From Cystobasidiomycetes sp. EMM_F5 (lineage: Eukaryota), in assembly GCA_051047955.1 (NCBI GenBank), contig JBPGPT010000009.1, positions 496,001-560,000 of the forward strand: 64,000 nucleotides of DNA, in the 5' to 3' direction. This document shows, one piece after another, positions 32,072 to 44,769 of the stretch; the first letter of the stretch is position 1, and each line of letters begins with the position of its first letter. A program made the translations under genes and the position numbers. The notes under the pieces are model-generated. The model worked only from the letters and a program-made list of their open reading frames with translations, was not told the origin of the DNA and searched no databases.

Positions 32072-34133
32072 TCAGAGCCTTGCTACCTGCTTGATAGGAT
32101 CGACAGAGACTTCGATCTGACGCGGCCAGAGATCGGTGTGCAAAAGTCGTGCAGTCTCGGCTTTCTGAACTTCTCTAACGGGCTTGACTACCTCGACGAC
32201 TGCGTGGTATGATAAGGACACGCATCAAGTCATCGAACAATGCACTCACTCCAATGATAGCTCCTGGTCGGATGGACCTGGGCAATCTGTAGCCCAGCAC
32301 CACGGACAATGATGTCGAGTTCGGCCAGGTTCCGTTCCTTGCTAGAAAACCATAAATCCATGGCACAATCGACTTGCAGCAAAGCCTTCTCAGCCGCTCC
32401 ATAGTTTGAGCTAAGTGGAGCTGGTGCAGGTAGAGGCTGGAATCCTTTAACGTTCTTGTTGGATGTTCGAAGGGCAGCAGCGAATTCTTCAGGATCACTA
32501 CGCTGATCACTGACTTCGCCGGGCTTGACGATGGACTCGATAATGAGGACTGATAGAAAGCTTAGCCAATGCCCTGTGTCAGCTCAACGTACTCACTACG
32601 TGACGACTCGTGCATGACAGAAGCTATGTTTGACAAAATCTCCGTCGCCAAAGCATCGGACCAATCTGCAAGTGTCTACGGCTCAAACCATGCCTGCAAC
32701 AATGGATGGCTTCCACTCACCGTGCAAGATCCAGCGGAAGATATAAGTCAAATTCTCACCAACTTGCTGATTCGGTTCAAAGAAATCTTGCACCTGGAAA
32801 TTGGCTCGTCCAGACTTGACGATCTCTGGCTGTTGGATGCATCATAAGCACATCTGACTAACGTAAAGTGTGATGTGGAAGCATACCTCCGTCTGCAAGA
32901 AATACTTCTCGGCCTCCGGGACTGTTTCTGGCCTGTCCTGCAAGATGACGCTGAGGTTCGGGAAAGCGCGCACCAAAGGTAGCGAGAATGACCCTCGGCC
33001 CCCACCAACATCGCTGCATGTCTATGAGCTTATTCAGGACCCTAAATGTGGGATCATCCTGCTTACACGACTGTACTTTCACCTAGAGCTGCCCAATCGT
33101 AGTCTGCAAGACACGCTGCAACTGAAGTTTCTCCGTATCCGGTCATTGCAGCCGCAAATGCAGCGACGTCGCACGGATCCTGTGCCAACTTCTCCCAAAA
33201 TGTCACTGTCGAAGTAGGTTAACGAAAAAAAAACTCCGGAAGACCACCCAAGCTCGAGACCCACATTTGGTTTCGGCACCTCGGCACCAGGGAGCTGTGT
33301 CAGGGCTCTCCGAGTCCCGAGTTAGAGGATCGGTCCAGTTCTCATAGGCTGAGCGCGTGGAAATGAAGCAATTCTTGACGATGCTCTCGATCCACCAAGA
33401 TAGGGAGCTTCGCTCAAAGCTCCCAGCGCTGGCTTCACTGACCAGGGATAGTGCCAACCGAGTCGGTTTGAACACATTTGCTGGCAAGTTTCTGAAATTA
33501 GCGATATTGCTGCATCGGTATCTCCACGACTCACTCGATATTTCCGTCACCCAGTGATTAGCCGACAAAAGACGAAGCAGACGAGAAAGTTTGTCCGGAT
33601 TGAGCTTTTGATCTTCTGATAGGCGTAGAACTATGTCTCGGACGTGCATGCCTTGTGCTGCCCCTTGAGATGCTAGAACAGCAAAGACTCCAGTCCGCGC
33701 CAACGTATACAGGGAAGCCATATCGTAGCCGGACCTACAGCGCTGAATCAGCATTGAACCTTCCACACTCGCCAGCAACTTACATAGTGTTCTCTAGAAC
33801 CTGCTCTTGCGCGGGCTGGATTGAGGCCTTGATCTGAGCCACTGCTGCCAGTGCTGCACGTCTTGCTTGATACAATCGCGAAGAAGCTATCGTAGACATG
33901 TCGTCTGACGTAACATTTTCAGCGCATGGGTTACGTATAGACGTGATTGCGCACCACATGGATGACCCTTCGCTTCCAGACCATACTCCGGCCAGCTAGT
34001 CGACAGACGCTCCTCTTCTATGACATCGAGGGCGGTCTGTGAGACCATCAGTCCTCGATGTAGCAGCCGATGTCGCTCTTCCGGACAAGCTTACATTCAG
34101 TATCGTTCGGAGTTGTCGCAATGTTTGAGCCAT
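32072..34133 (-). CDS. SAM-dependent O-methyltransferase (Methyltransf_2 type, winged-helix N-terminal domain), multi-exon
   Basis: KLSRLLRLLSANHW dimerisation region, DVGGGRG motif I, LQDRPETV, LHDWSD, LIIESIV, D..M....KER. Spliced C-terminus is ..KQVARL*. Confidence 0.82.
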
Positions 34134-34694
34134 GTGGGAATTAGTGCTGATGATAGGCGATGAACAGTGATGGAACAAGAGGAGGTGAAAGAGCAACGCG
34201 CTTGATCTGATTCCCTAGCTTGGCCGGGATCACGGTAGCCGCACCAGCCGCAGCTGCTGTCAGGCAACGGTTTTTGATACGTACAACATCGGTCGCCTCC
34301 TGGATCCGTTCGTTGTGAAACGACAGGGCTGGTCAGTCATCACCGTCAAAGTTCAGTAGTCTGAAGAGAGACTACGTTGATTCATCAGCACGGTTACGTG
34401 CGTGCAGTCAGTCGTCACTGGTGGTTGATGTCAATAGCCGTGGGTGTAAATACGGGAATAGCCCATCTCGCAGATTGATTGTCCAGTATACGGCTGTACC
34501 GCAAAGCTGCGTGCAAGTAAATTCAGCACCACCACGTATAGCACTTGTTTCATTTGTCCACGTCGGACCGCACTGCGATGAAGTCATGCATATGGACGAT
34601 CGGCGCGACCTCTGTTATAAGCCGGGATATGCGAAGTTAGCTGTCATGTTCTTATCGTTTATCTTTCCGAAGCTTTCCAAGTCTGCTGTCCACC

Positions 34695-35899
34695 ATGAGT
34701 CCGAAGCTTCGCGTCTCAGCCGGGACATCGCTAGATAACCTCGAAGTTGTGCCGGTAAACTACGATGAGACTGGGTACATCTCGCTGTCGAGCGACCATG
34801 TCGAAGGTCATCTGGCGATACGATTGCGAGACTTTGCTGGCGAAATGCCCAAAGGGAAACAGAGTAGGACGAACCCGGAGAGCGGCTACTTTGACCAACA
34901 TTCAGATTTGAGCTGGAGCATGGCGATACAATGCGAGCAAGCTTCGGAACTTGATGCGACTAAGAACTGACCGCAGACGCTCTTTATAGGCCGCTTCAAG
35001 GAAAAGATTAACGCTGATGACGTCCTCTTTGGAAAGTAGGTTCTTGTGCGGACCGTGCATTGAGACACTCTGATTACTAGCTCTAAACTTCATAGCACAT
35101 TCGAAAAGCCGATTCGGTCACATCTGCCCTACGGCACTGCAGGTAGACCATCTGCAGTGTCTCCTCCCACCGCAGATCGGCTTACACGCACAATCCAGCG
35201 GCACTGAAATTCATCACCTACATTGACCCGTCTTTCGAGCAAGATATATACGCCGATAAGCCTTGGGCACTGAGCCCGCTCCTCGCGAGTGTGTCTGTCC
35301 TTTGACAGTTCGGATTAGCTCGCTATACTAAGTCTGTCTCCTTAGCCATGAACAAGGTTCAAGTCAGCGAAGTGAACGGTGATCTCCCTGCATGGTCACC
35401 AGCACAGCCGGAGGATGACATTCTCACCCTGTTGAACGAGGTGCAGTCAGATACAACAGCTGTCGCGCGAAACAACCCAAACAGTCGCCGAACGTATCTG
35501 TCGAAAAAGGAGCACCGGCAAGAGATTACTATCGAGCCCAAGCACTTTCTGAAACTGGACTTCTGCAACGGGTTTCTTGACTTCAACACTTTCTCGCTAA
35601 AAGTGCGTTCTGATCGACGGAAGCAGTATATGCTTCACCGATTGACTTACTGCCTTTTTGTGCGATAGCTGCCTGGTGGGCTTCATTTCTCCTTGATGAA
35701 GTACTGGGATGGGCAACCTGTCACATTTGTATGTCAAAACCGAAAGGGCGATAAAAAGTATTTTTTCATCGTCTTTAACGTCATTGAGGGAGAAGCTGCC
35801 AACCCTGCAGACGTTGCGGAAGAGCACAAGACATCGGCGGCGGCAGCAGCAGCAAAAGATAAAGATGGCCACGACAGCGACCTCTCTGACGTGGATTAG
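34695..35899 (+). CDS. DUF1769 (UPF0590) family protein, multi-exon
   Basis: LRVSAG..VPVN, DDVLFG, FEKPIRSHLPYGT, IDPSFEQDIYADKPWALSPL, DFCNGFLDF, KYWDGQPVTFV. Confidence 0.8.
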
Positions 35900-36055
35900 A
35901 ACGTTCAATTCGCATGCAACAGCTTCTAGTAATGTACAAACAGCGTATCTAGCTAGCTAACTCCCAGAACCAACTTCCAAAACATACCCATGCGTCGATC
36001 ACGTCATGACATCCCATCATTAGAATCTTGCAAAATAGATATCGTTATTGTCATG

Positions 36056-39000
36056 CTACTTTTTCAGCCATGGCTGAAACCATGGACTTCGCTTAGAATG
36101 CACTGCTCCAGGCGAAACTTTCGGAACAGTGGCCGTCGTTGCTGTCGACGCGCTGCCGCCGCTTGTTTCGCTAGCATTTCGCATGGGACGCGCAATGTCC
36201 AGAGATCCCGCACGAACCGAAGGAAGGGGCACGCTGAGTCCAGCCTCTGGCGACGATTTAGAATGCTCAAATGAAGCTCTTCTTTGGATTGCTGACTGCT
36301 GATCATGTACGGGGTCAGGTTCATTTGCCCTGGTTTCGAAGGCATCGATCTTGTTGATGTCTGAAGTATAGTCATCGACCCCCGACACTGCTATCTGAGC
36401 TGTAGCATTCTGCGTGGGAGTATCGGGAGCGTCCGAATCCGCCAAAGACGATGTCGAGGCAGACCCTAATGGTAAAGCTGACGGAGCCAAAGCCATACCT
36501 TCGTCGGCCTCATCTGGCATCAGGGCAGAGTCTTGACTTTTTTGGGCTGGAAAGTAGGCATGCTGATCTCCCGGCTCTGTTCGATGGCTCTGCAACGGCG
36601 TAGTCTCACCATCTCCCGTGTCATCATCGTTATTGCGTAAGCTGGATGGACCATTGATGCCAAAGAAGCCAGAATGCAAGCCCATCAATGGAGGGGAGAA
36701 GGGACCAAGGCCGGGCGATAAGAACTGCGGAAGCAGTGGTGGTGTTTGTGGGAAAGGGTGAAATGAGAATCCTGGCACTGAACATGGCGTATACAGTCAG
36801 CCAGAGACCTCGAATAGCTTGTTAGATCGACTTACTTGATGGTGTCATCATCGGCAGGCCTTGCTGCGGGCTCATAGGTCCAAAGCCAGCAAACGCAGGT
36901 GAGAACATGCCATGAGGTGATGGAGCCGGCACTCCCATGCGCTGAGATGGAATCATCAGTGGCGGAAGATCCGGAGTTTGACCTTGACTGCCTGCGGGGG
37001 CACCCGAACCTATTGGAGCTACATGCGGTCTCACATCAGTCAGCGATCTAGGTATTTGTTGTTGTATAGGCGAAGTGAATCCCGGCGAAGGGAATGACAT
37101 GTCGTGGGCACCGAGTATTGTTTCGTGGATCGGCGTGCCTGGAATGGAAGAGCCATCATCGTAGAAGGAGTGATGATTGCCGTGGATGGCCAGCTGGTGC
37201 AAGGACGGTGGATATTGCGGCTGTTGCGGTGGTAGCGGCCCAGACATGGGTGGCGAATTTGCCATATGTTGCAGATCCGGGGACGAGTGCATAGAATGAC
37301 CATAGAAGGCCGGCTGAGCGGCATGGCCACCTCCGACAGCATACTTGTCAAAGTGCACTTTGAGGATTCTGCCTTGAAAGTCATACCCATTAAACAGGCG
37401 TACGGCATTCATGGCATCTTCTGGTGTGCCAAACAGGACAGTACCGAAACCTCGACTACGTCCATCTGGTCCAAGCGACACGTCCGCACGCAAAATCTGC
37501 CCAGCGCCTCTGAACAAATCCTTGAGATCCTGCCACTGACAATTGAAAGGTATGTTACCGACAAACAAATGCCTGTTAGCATAAGCTGGGGACGTGGTCC
37601 GATGAATAGCATGGCTGTTGTACGACACGCCAGGTATCTGACCGGACGGACCGCCACTTTGCAACGCGCCGTTGCTGGCATTGTTGTGAGCATAGAAATT
37701 GACCAATCCGCCCGGTACAGGCGCCGGCGAGACGGATCTTTGAGCGCCGTGCTGATAACGTGTTTGACCATTCTCCACTCCGGACTGGAAACTCGGGTCT
37801 TGCTGAGAAGGGTTGAGATAGCGACTGGTGTCCGGATTTGCATTATCAGCCGATCCGGTAAGTGCGCCTTCTGTCTCGATCGAGTAGCCAGCAGCGACGG
37901 CAGCGGCTGCCGCCGCAGGTGGATGTGGTAGTTGAGATGATCCTGACATGCCAGCAAATATCGACGGCGGCATTGGTCCTAGATTGCCCGGTGGTGGCCG
38001 GCGAGCAGAGGTCGGAGAGATGCTTGATGAGCCTTTGGCCATTCCCGCTGAACTATTCGGAGGCGACACTGACGTTGAGGCATGCTGCACGGACCTCGGA
38101 GGGGACGTCGCTTCAGTTGAAGGCGGAAGGGATGCGTTGGAAGACGACGATCCGAAAGCTGTGCTGCCTGGTCGAGAACCGGGCAGAGGCATACCCAAAG
38201 GTCCCGGACCATGGTTTAGACCGGCATTCGATGGCGGTGTCAGAGTGTTGCGCGAAGGCGGTCTGTGTATGTTCATACTGGCCATTCCTGCGGTCAAGAC
38301 GGCACTATTACGGCGACCGGGCTGCTGCGGAAAAGCTTGAGCTTGGAGCTGCGAAGCACTCCAGCCTGGGTTTGATGCCATGTGCGGCTGCGTGTGGTAG
38401 ACGTGCGGCAAGGAATGATGATTCGCTGAATACAGCTGACCGTTCACTGGGTTGACACCCATGATGTTGGCCATATTTTGCATGGCTTGCTGATGCATCT
38501 GCTGTGCTTGCAACTGTGCGGCTTGTGCAGCAGCGTTAGCCATCGAAATGGCTCCAGTCGGATCCTGCTGATCGAGCCGGACATCCAAGCACCGTGACTG
38601 CCAGATATACCCGTTGTACGTCTCGATAGCTTTGACCGCATCCATTTCATTCGCATATAGGACGGTACCAAATCCCTTGCTGCGACTATCAGAGAGCACG
38701 AACTGCTTAGTCCAGTCGTCCGACCGCATATATCATGCGCTTACTTGTCAAGCGTCAGAGCTACGTCGCTGCGAAGGACTGTTCCGCATTTTCGAAACAA
38801 GTCCTTCAGGTCCTGCCAGCGCACTCGGAAGGGCAGCTGTGGCGCATCATCGTCACTTATCTGCGAACACCACTAGATTTTCGTTTGATATGACCTACAT
38901 TACCCACAAACAGCTGTGTCCGACTATCGCCGGGCGGACGATAGGCCAACGCCTCCAAAGGGTACTGTGTCGGCAATTGTGGTCCTCGCGAGTGAGTTCT

Positions 39001-39084
39001 GCTCAATGGCCGAAGCATTGGATCTCCGAGAGCCGGCGAACCGGATGGCATAGGCGCCAAAGACGTATGCTGTAACATGTTCAT
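36056..39084 (-). CDS. RNA-binding protein with two RRM domains and long low-complexity regions
   Basis: [31 protein letters not shown] and [30 protein letters not shown] (RNP2/RNP1 pairs). Confidence 0.85.
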
Positions 39085-39859
39085 CTAGCGAGGAGGCCAA
39101 AGAAGTTTGGCAGCAGGAGAGGAGAGACAATTCGGTGGGAGGGAACGAGGTAATCTGCGCGTAACAATGCCCTTGTTGCCTAGACATAGGCTGATCTCGT
39201 CGACGCAGCAAGGTGTAGAGTCTGTTTTATCACAGTCCGATGAGCTGTCTTGGCCATGTACTTGACTAGTTATTACCGACCGCGTACCAGGCTCACAGTC
39301 TACCGTCCGTGGTGCCGTCTGTGGAAAGTATGGAGCGGTTTCCAGGTCGAGCGAGCAGACGAAAGAGAACTTGCGATGCGACCAGTACTGAATGATTATT
39401 TCTGCAAATCGGCTTGAAAGCGTACACGCGCAGGACTCAGCAGACAAGGGATTGTGCCGCCACCAGTTCGCGGCTCGAATACAACTAACGGCGAGAGGCC
39501 GACAAGCCTGCCGTCAGCACAGTGCTCGATATATCGACTCGAGTGAGCCTACATTATCGTTCAGCTCAGGTTTGCGCAGTTTGCTGCGAACGTAATGCCC
39601 GACTGCCCGAAGATCCGCACAGTCTCCCCGATAGACTGAAGCCCCCACAGAACCTAGCCCGATAGTATTCCACCGCGTATGCCCTTGCAATGCCCAGACT
39701 TTATTGCCCGCAGTCAGTATGTATTGGTTGCAGGGCCAATCCTGTGGTCGCACGCGCTGACAGCCAACCAATGATCGGGATATTCCGAGTTGCCAGCAAG
39801 ACTGGGCCACGTTGACTCTGCTTTATGCCGCTTCAGTCTGCAAAGCTGTCCAGGAATCC

Positions 39860-40993
39860 ATGCAGTCGACTTCGGTGTGCAGGCTTGTCGCCGTAGCGGC
39901 AAAGCAGACACGGCCGCCAGCTGTCCGGCCAGAGAAAGTTGTGTCTTCAGTCTCGTCACGGCGGAGGAGGAGACCGGCAGAGATACAGCCAGAGAATCCA
40001 GGCGCATACCTCTCGCAGTACGGTCGGTCGAGCGGAGAAGTACTGCCTTACTTGGATCTATCCGCGTTCAGCCAGGTCTTCGATATCCACCCCGACTATG
40101 TGCATCACGACTCGGAGCGGCAGCTTACGATAACAGAACAGCATCCGGAATACATCTATGAGGGTGCTGATGGGCAGCGGGAGACTATCAAGCGCTTCGA
40201 GCTGAGTAAAGGCATCAAAGAGCTCTACGAAAGCGCTGCGCAAGAGGCCGGGGGCGCTGGAAAGAACAACAGCATAGACCTGCTTGCAAAGGCCGAAACG
40301 AATCCATTCTCTGCTCAACAACTGCGTGGATTGATGCGCTTTCCGCTCGTCGCCCATCGCGTAGTGAATATGACGAGTAAGGGCAAAATTGCGGCAATGT
40401 ACGCAATGGTCGTGGTCGGGAATGGGAACGGACTAGTAGGCGTCGGTGAGGGGAAAGCAGAGACGTACACAGCGGCAGGAGACAAAGCGTTTGTCAATGC
40501 CGTAAAAAATATGGACTACATACAACGCAAAGATACCCGGACGGTATGGTCGGATCGAATGGTAGGCAAGATGGGCGCAACAATTGTGGAATTACGCAGT
40601 CGGCCGCCAGGTATTTACTTCGCTTTACTGTCTCGGACTCGGATGGTCTTACCCCCTTCCGCCTGCAGGTTTCGGCTTGCGATGTTCGCCCATCATCCAT
40701 CAGGTAGCGAAAGCTGCAGGAATAATGGACCTGTCTGCCAAGGTTCGCGGGTCTGGCAACTCTATGAACACGGTCAAGGCGACGATGGGACTGCTATTCA
40801 GCGGTGCTGCTCCTTTAGGTGTGTTGGCTATGACCGGACAAGGTTGATTTGCTGTACTAAGCGTTACATCGGTGCAGCCATGGGCGAATTGACGGGGCAA
40901 GGCAAGATGTCAAGACGATTCAAGGGAGTAGGAATGCGGACGGCCGATGAGATTGGTCTCGATTTAGGCAGACGCGCAGTTGAAATCCGATAG
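39860..40993 (+). CDS. MRPS5: Mitochondrial ribosomal protein uS5m
   Basis: RVVNMTSKGK..AMVVVGNGNGLVGVGEGK, RSRPP-GFGLRC, AGIMDLSAKVRGSGNSMNTVKA. Confidence 0.88.
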   Translation: MQSTSVCRLVAVAAKQTRPPAVRPEKVVSSVSSRRRRRPAEIQPENPGAYLSQYGRSSGEVLPYLDLSAFSQVFDIHPDYVHHDSERQLTITEQHPEYIYEGADGQRETIKRFELSKGIKELYESAAQEAGGAGKNNSIDLLAKAETNPFSAQQLRGLMRFPLVAHRVVNMTSKGKIAAMYAMVVVGNGNGLVGVGEGKAETYTAAGDKAFVNAVKNMDYIQRKDTRTVWSDRMVGKMGATIVELRSRPPGIYFALLSRTRMVLPPSACRFRLAMFAHHPSGSESCRNNGPVCQGSRVWQLYEHGQGDDGTAIQRCCSFRCVGYDRTRLICCTKRYIGAAMGELTGQGKMSRRFKGVGMRTADEIGLDLGRRAVEIR

Positions 40994-41207
40994 TCTTGGT
41001 GGTGTTGGTCATTGTTGTCGGAATAGAAGCGCATATCGCAGACCAGGACATTTGCATCTTTCGCCATCGAGTATCATCAAGCATGTATGATTTGCAGGCC
41101 AGCATGTGCTTTCAGATCTTTCATTTCTTTTGTTGCAAAGAGCGTGGTCAAGATATGATTCTAAGCCAGCTTCTTGCTTGGAGCTCTTCCATGTCATCAA
41201 TCTCACT

Positions 41208-42349
41208 ATGGACGTTCTAATCAATACGTTGCATACTGCTGGATATGTCGGATCCCTCTTTGTGCTTCCTTCAGCAAGGACAGGCGGTAATCGCAAAGAT
41301 CCAGCTACTGGCCTACCGATAACGCGCGACACCCCTCATGTCATCCGAGCTCGCATGGTCGGTGTCGGGCTAAGCTCCCTTGCTTCCTTATATGCTGTTT
41401 CAGTACTCGTGTCCCGCAAAGAAGGCGTATCGCAGTCTATATCAACAGCCGAATTGCTTGGACTTTACAAATACAATATCACCTCAAAAGATGCCCTACG
41501 TTTGTTGACGTGTCCACTACTATGTACGGCCTCCTTGTTTTTGGGTCCCTTGTTCACGACAGGCCTCGACCATCGCTTGCCGGGCATGAGCGCATTCAGC
41601 TGGAGACTGGACGTCGTTGGCAGGTTTTCTCGGCTGCAAGGATGGCGGAACTATGTCATTGTCCGTGACTATGCGTCTTCTCTCTTTCAGGGCACCCTGA
41701 CGTTGCATTCACAGGGACCTATAACAGAGGAGCTGGTCTTCAGAAGTGCTTTAATAGCTACAGCTTTCCTTGCTGGTCGTTCGCGACGACATTTGATCTG
41801 GGTGACTCCATTGTACTTTGGGATAGGTCTGTGTGTCCTTGTCGTGGTTGCCGATGCTTGACTGAAGTGCGGTACAGCTCATGCGCATCATGCATACCAA
41901 GTTTTCGTAAACAACGGGCGAACACGACAAGCGTTGCAGCGCGGTGTATTGTCAGCTCGTACGTGTTGCTAACTGAGGGTCTTTCAACAGAACAAATCTC
42001 TGATCAGAATGCTGTCACCCAGTCTTCCAATTTACATACACTTCGCTGTTTGGCTTCCATGCGGCATTCCTGTACCTACGGACCAGCAGCGTGATACCTC
42101 CACTTCTGTCTCACATATTCTGCAATTTCATGGGCTTTCCCGACATTTCGTCAGCCCTATATGAGCATCCCTCGAAAAAGATTCGTAAGTCAGCATAAGA
42201 GCAGCCAGTCTTGCGTCGACAGCAAGGGCTGATGACTTCAATATGCAGTCATTATTGGAGCCTATATTACTGGGATTGGCGCGTTTGCAAAGCTGCTTAT
42301 GCCGCTGACTAGCCCTAGCCTGTTCGGTGGTAGCATCTTTTGGCAGTAA
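41208..42349 (+). CDS. RCE1: CAAX prenyl protease 2 (Rce1/Abi family), multi-exon
   Basis: GPITEELVFRS, FGIAHAHH, QFTYTSLFG, SHIFCNFMGFP. Start could be 41106. Confidence 0.88.
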
Positions 42350-43345
42350 GCAATTTCAAGACGTTTTCGCACAAGTCCGAAGATGGCAGTACGTCGTATG
42401 CAGGAAGAGGGAGAGTACTCTTGCATGAGCAAAGACCAAGTGGTACGCAGAGCATACGAAGCTGTTGAAAAGACTCGAAAAATAGCTGGTGGATGTGTAA
42501 GGGGCAGCCTCTGGCCGAGTCGAGCATAGAATACCATACCTCTTCTCTGTGGGCTACAATATGTGCGTTGTTCGCTTCGATGTCGCAAAGACCCAGCTAT
42601 AGCTGCAGAACACCAAGTTGTGGTTCGATTTGGCTGTTGACAAACATCCATCTTCGCCAGAGTCAGGCACAGGCAGACTAATTTACGCGTAATGCGTCCA
42701 CTATGCGCGGGCTGTTTTGATCTGCAAATAAGCAATGAGGCCACTTTGCATCCATCTGCAGCTGCTGAAGTGCGATGGCATCATGTTGGACGGATCTTCG
42801 CGTCACCGCTCAGAGCGCCCTCCCATTGGGCGCGATTGTGGGGATTCGACTACTTGTGGATGTATTCACGGGACCCCATTGACGTCCATGCTGCCTGATA
42901 TAGGTCTACGCAAGGATTCTGAGCGGATAGGCAACTAAATATCCAAGCGAAACTTGGTGAATTTGCCCGAGAGCAAGTCCCGCGCGCCATCACATGCTGG
43001 CTAGTGAGAACATGTAGGTGGCAAAAATGGGCAGAGCGCTACTACTTGCATCGTTCGTCTTTATGGATCGAGTGTCAGACCAAATAAGAAACACCCAAGG
43101 CCGCATCTCCTGACCAGCGTCGGCAAGCTACGTCGTGCGATCCAGACAGAATCACTCTGTGATTGGCAGAGTCGCATTGTATTTTCGGGCCTTTGCCACC
43201 AGCTGAATGCGGACTCGTACGTTTTAACGGGAAGCTTCGCATTTATGAATATGTTGGAAGTGTTTGCTCCACCCTCTCTCTTCTCTTCCATCTTTCATCT
43301 CCAGAGTCTTCGCCAAAACACATCAATCCCCCAACTCGACTAAAC

Positions 43346-44415
43346 ATGTTCTTCGGAAAGAAGGTCATTGCACCACTCGCCCTCGTGGCTTCAGTGGCTG
43401 CCAGCCCAATTGAGAAGCGTGCCAGCTACGATGATGCGACCATCCTCAACTGTAAGAGGTGTCTTCACCTTACTTGCGATCTCCGCTTACCATACCTTTC
43501 CAGACGCGTTGACCCTCGAGCATCTCGAGGCAGCCTTCTACCGAGTTGGTCTGCAGATGTACAATGCTGGTGCTTTCCAGAGCGCCGGATAGTGAGTATA
43601 CCTTAGCATTCCAGCCGAACATCACTGATCCTTTTCCACGACAGTGCCGATTGGGTCCGATACCGCTTCACAGAGATTGCCAATCAGGAAGCCACACACG
43701 TATCCTTCTTGACGACTGCTCTCAAGGGTGCCGGTGCCAACCCGGTTGCCGAGTGCACATACAACTTTGGCTCCCTTACCCCTGCCACTTACGTCGCGAC
43801 CAGCCAAGTCCTCGAAGGTATGCCCAGCTTTTATTATGCTTGCATCGCAGAAACTGACAGCCTTCTCATCCAGGCGTCGGTGTAGCCGCGTACCTCGGTG
43901 CCGCCCCAGCTATCACCAACAAGGCTTACCTTGCCGTCGCTGGATCAATCTTGGTCGTCGAGGCTGAACATGAGACATGGGTTCGAGCTGCCGCCTCGAA
44001 CCAGGATGGATTCCCACGTCCGTTCGCTGCCTACCTTGACTTCAACCAAGTCTACACTCTGGCCGCACCTTTCATCAAGAGCTGCCCATCCAGCAACCCG
44101 ACTCTTCCATTCAAGACGTTCCCATCAATCACCGTCAACACTGCGGGCCCATACTCGCAAGGACAGAAGATTTCCATCACTGTACCCAAGGGTCTCTCCG
44201 GTACAGTCTACGCTGTCTTCGTTGATACCACTGCCCCGCAATACCAGCAAATCGATTATTCGTCGGGAACTGCAACCGTAACAATCCCAAATGGCATTAA
44301 AGGCCAAAGCTATCTTGTATTGACAAATTCCAACAAGGCGTTCAACGATGCTGCGACTGTTGCTGGTCCGGCTATAGTTTTTATCAATTCACCAGCAACT
44401 TCCTACGCTTACTAA
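43346..44415 (+). CDS. Secreted ferritin-like-domain protein (Rds1-like)
   Basis: Signal peptide plus KR, DATILNYALTLEHLE, EATHV, LEGVGVAAYLGAA, ILVVEAEH. Confidence 0.85.
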
Positions 44416-44769
44416 ATGCAACCCCGCCCGCATTGCTTTGCAAGCTCCTGCTGAAGATTGTATGAATAGACAATACGTTCGCTTCGCGTTTACAATAAAG
44501 CCATAATGAATTATCCAACTTAGGCGGACCTGAAAGTGGAGATGTTTTTGCTTCTTGCTTTAAAGCAGCCTGCGTAACGATGAACACATTATTCGTGACA
44601 ATCTCCGTATGTTGGCAACATCGCGTAGCATGAAACGTCTTCCCTTCTTTTCGCCAAGATCTTTGCTGCTCCACCTGTACAGTTTTGTCACAGGCACAGC
44701 CTGTTGAAACGCGCTGTCGACTTTGACTCTTTCGCAGCACAGAACGCAGCAATGCCTTCATTGACAAAC

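Noticed and set aside
37266..38455. Several 130-220 aa plus-strand ORFs
   Set aside because: Antisense shadows of the RRM gene.
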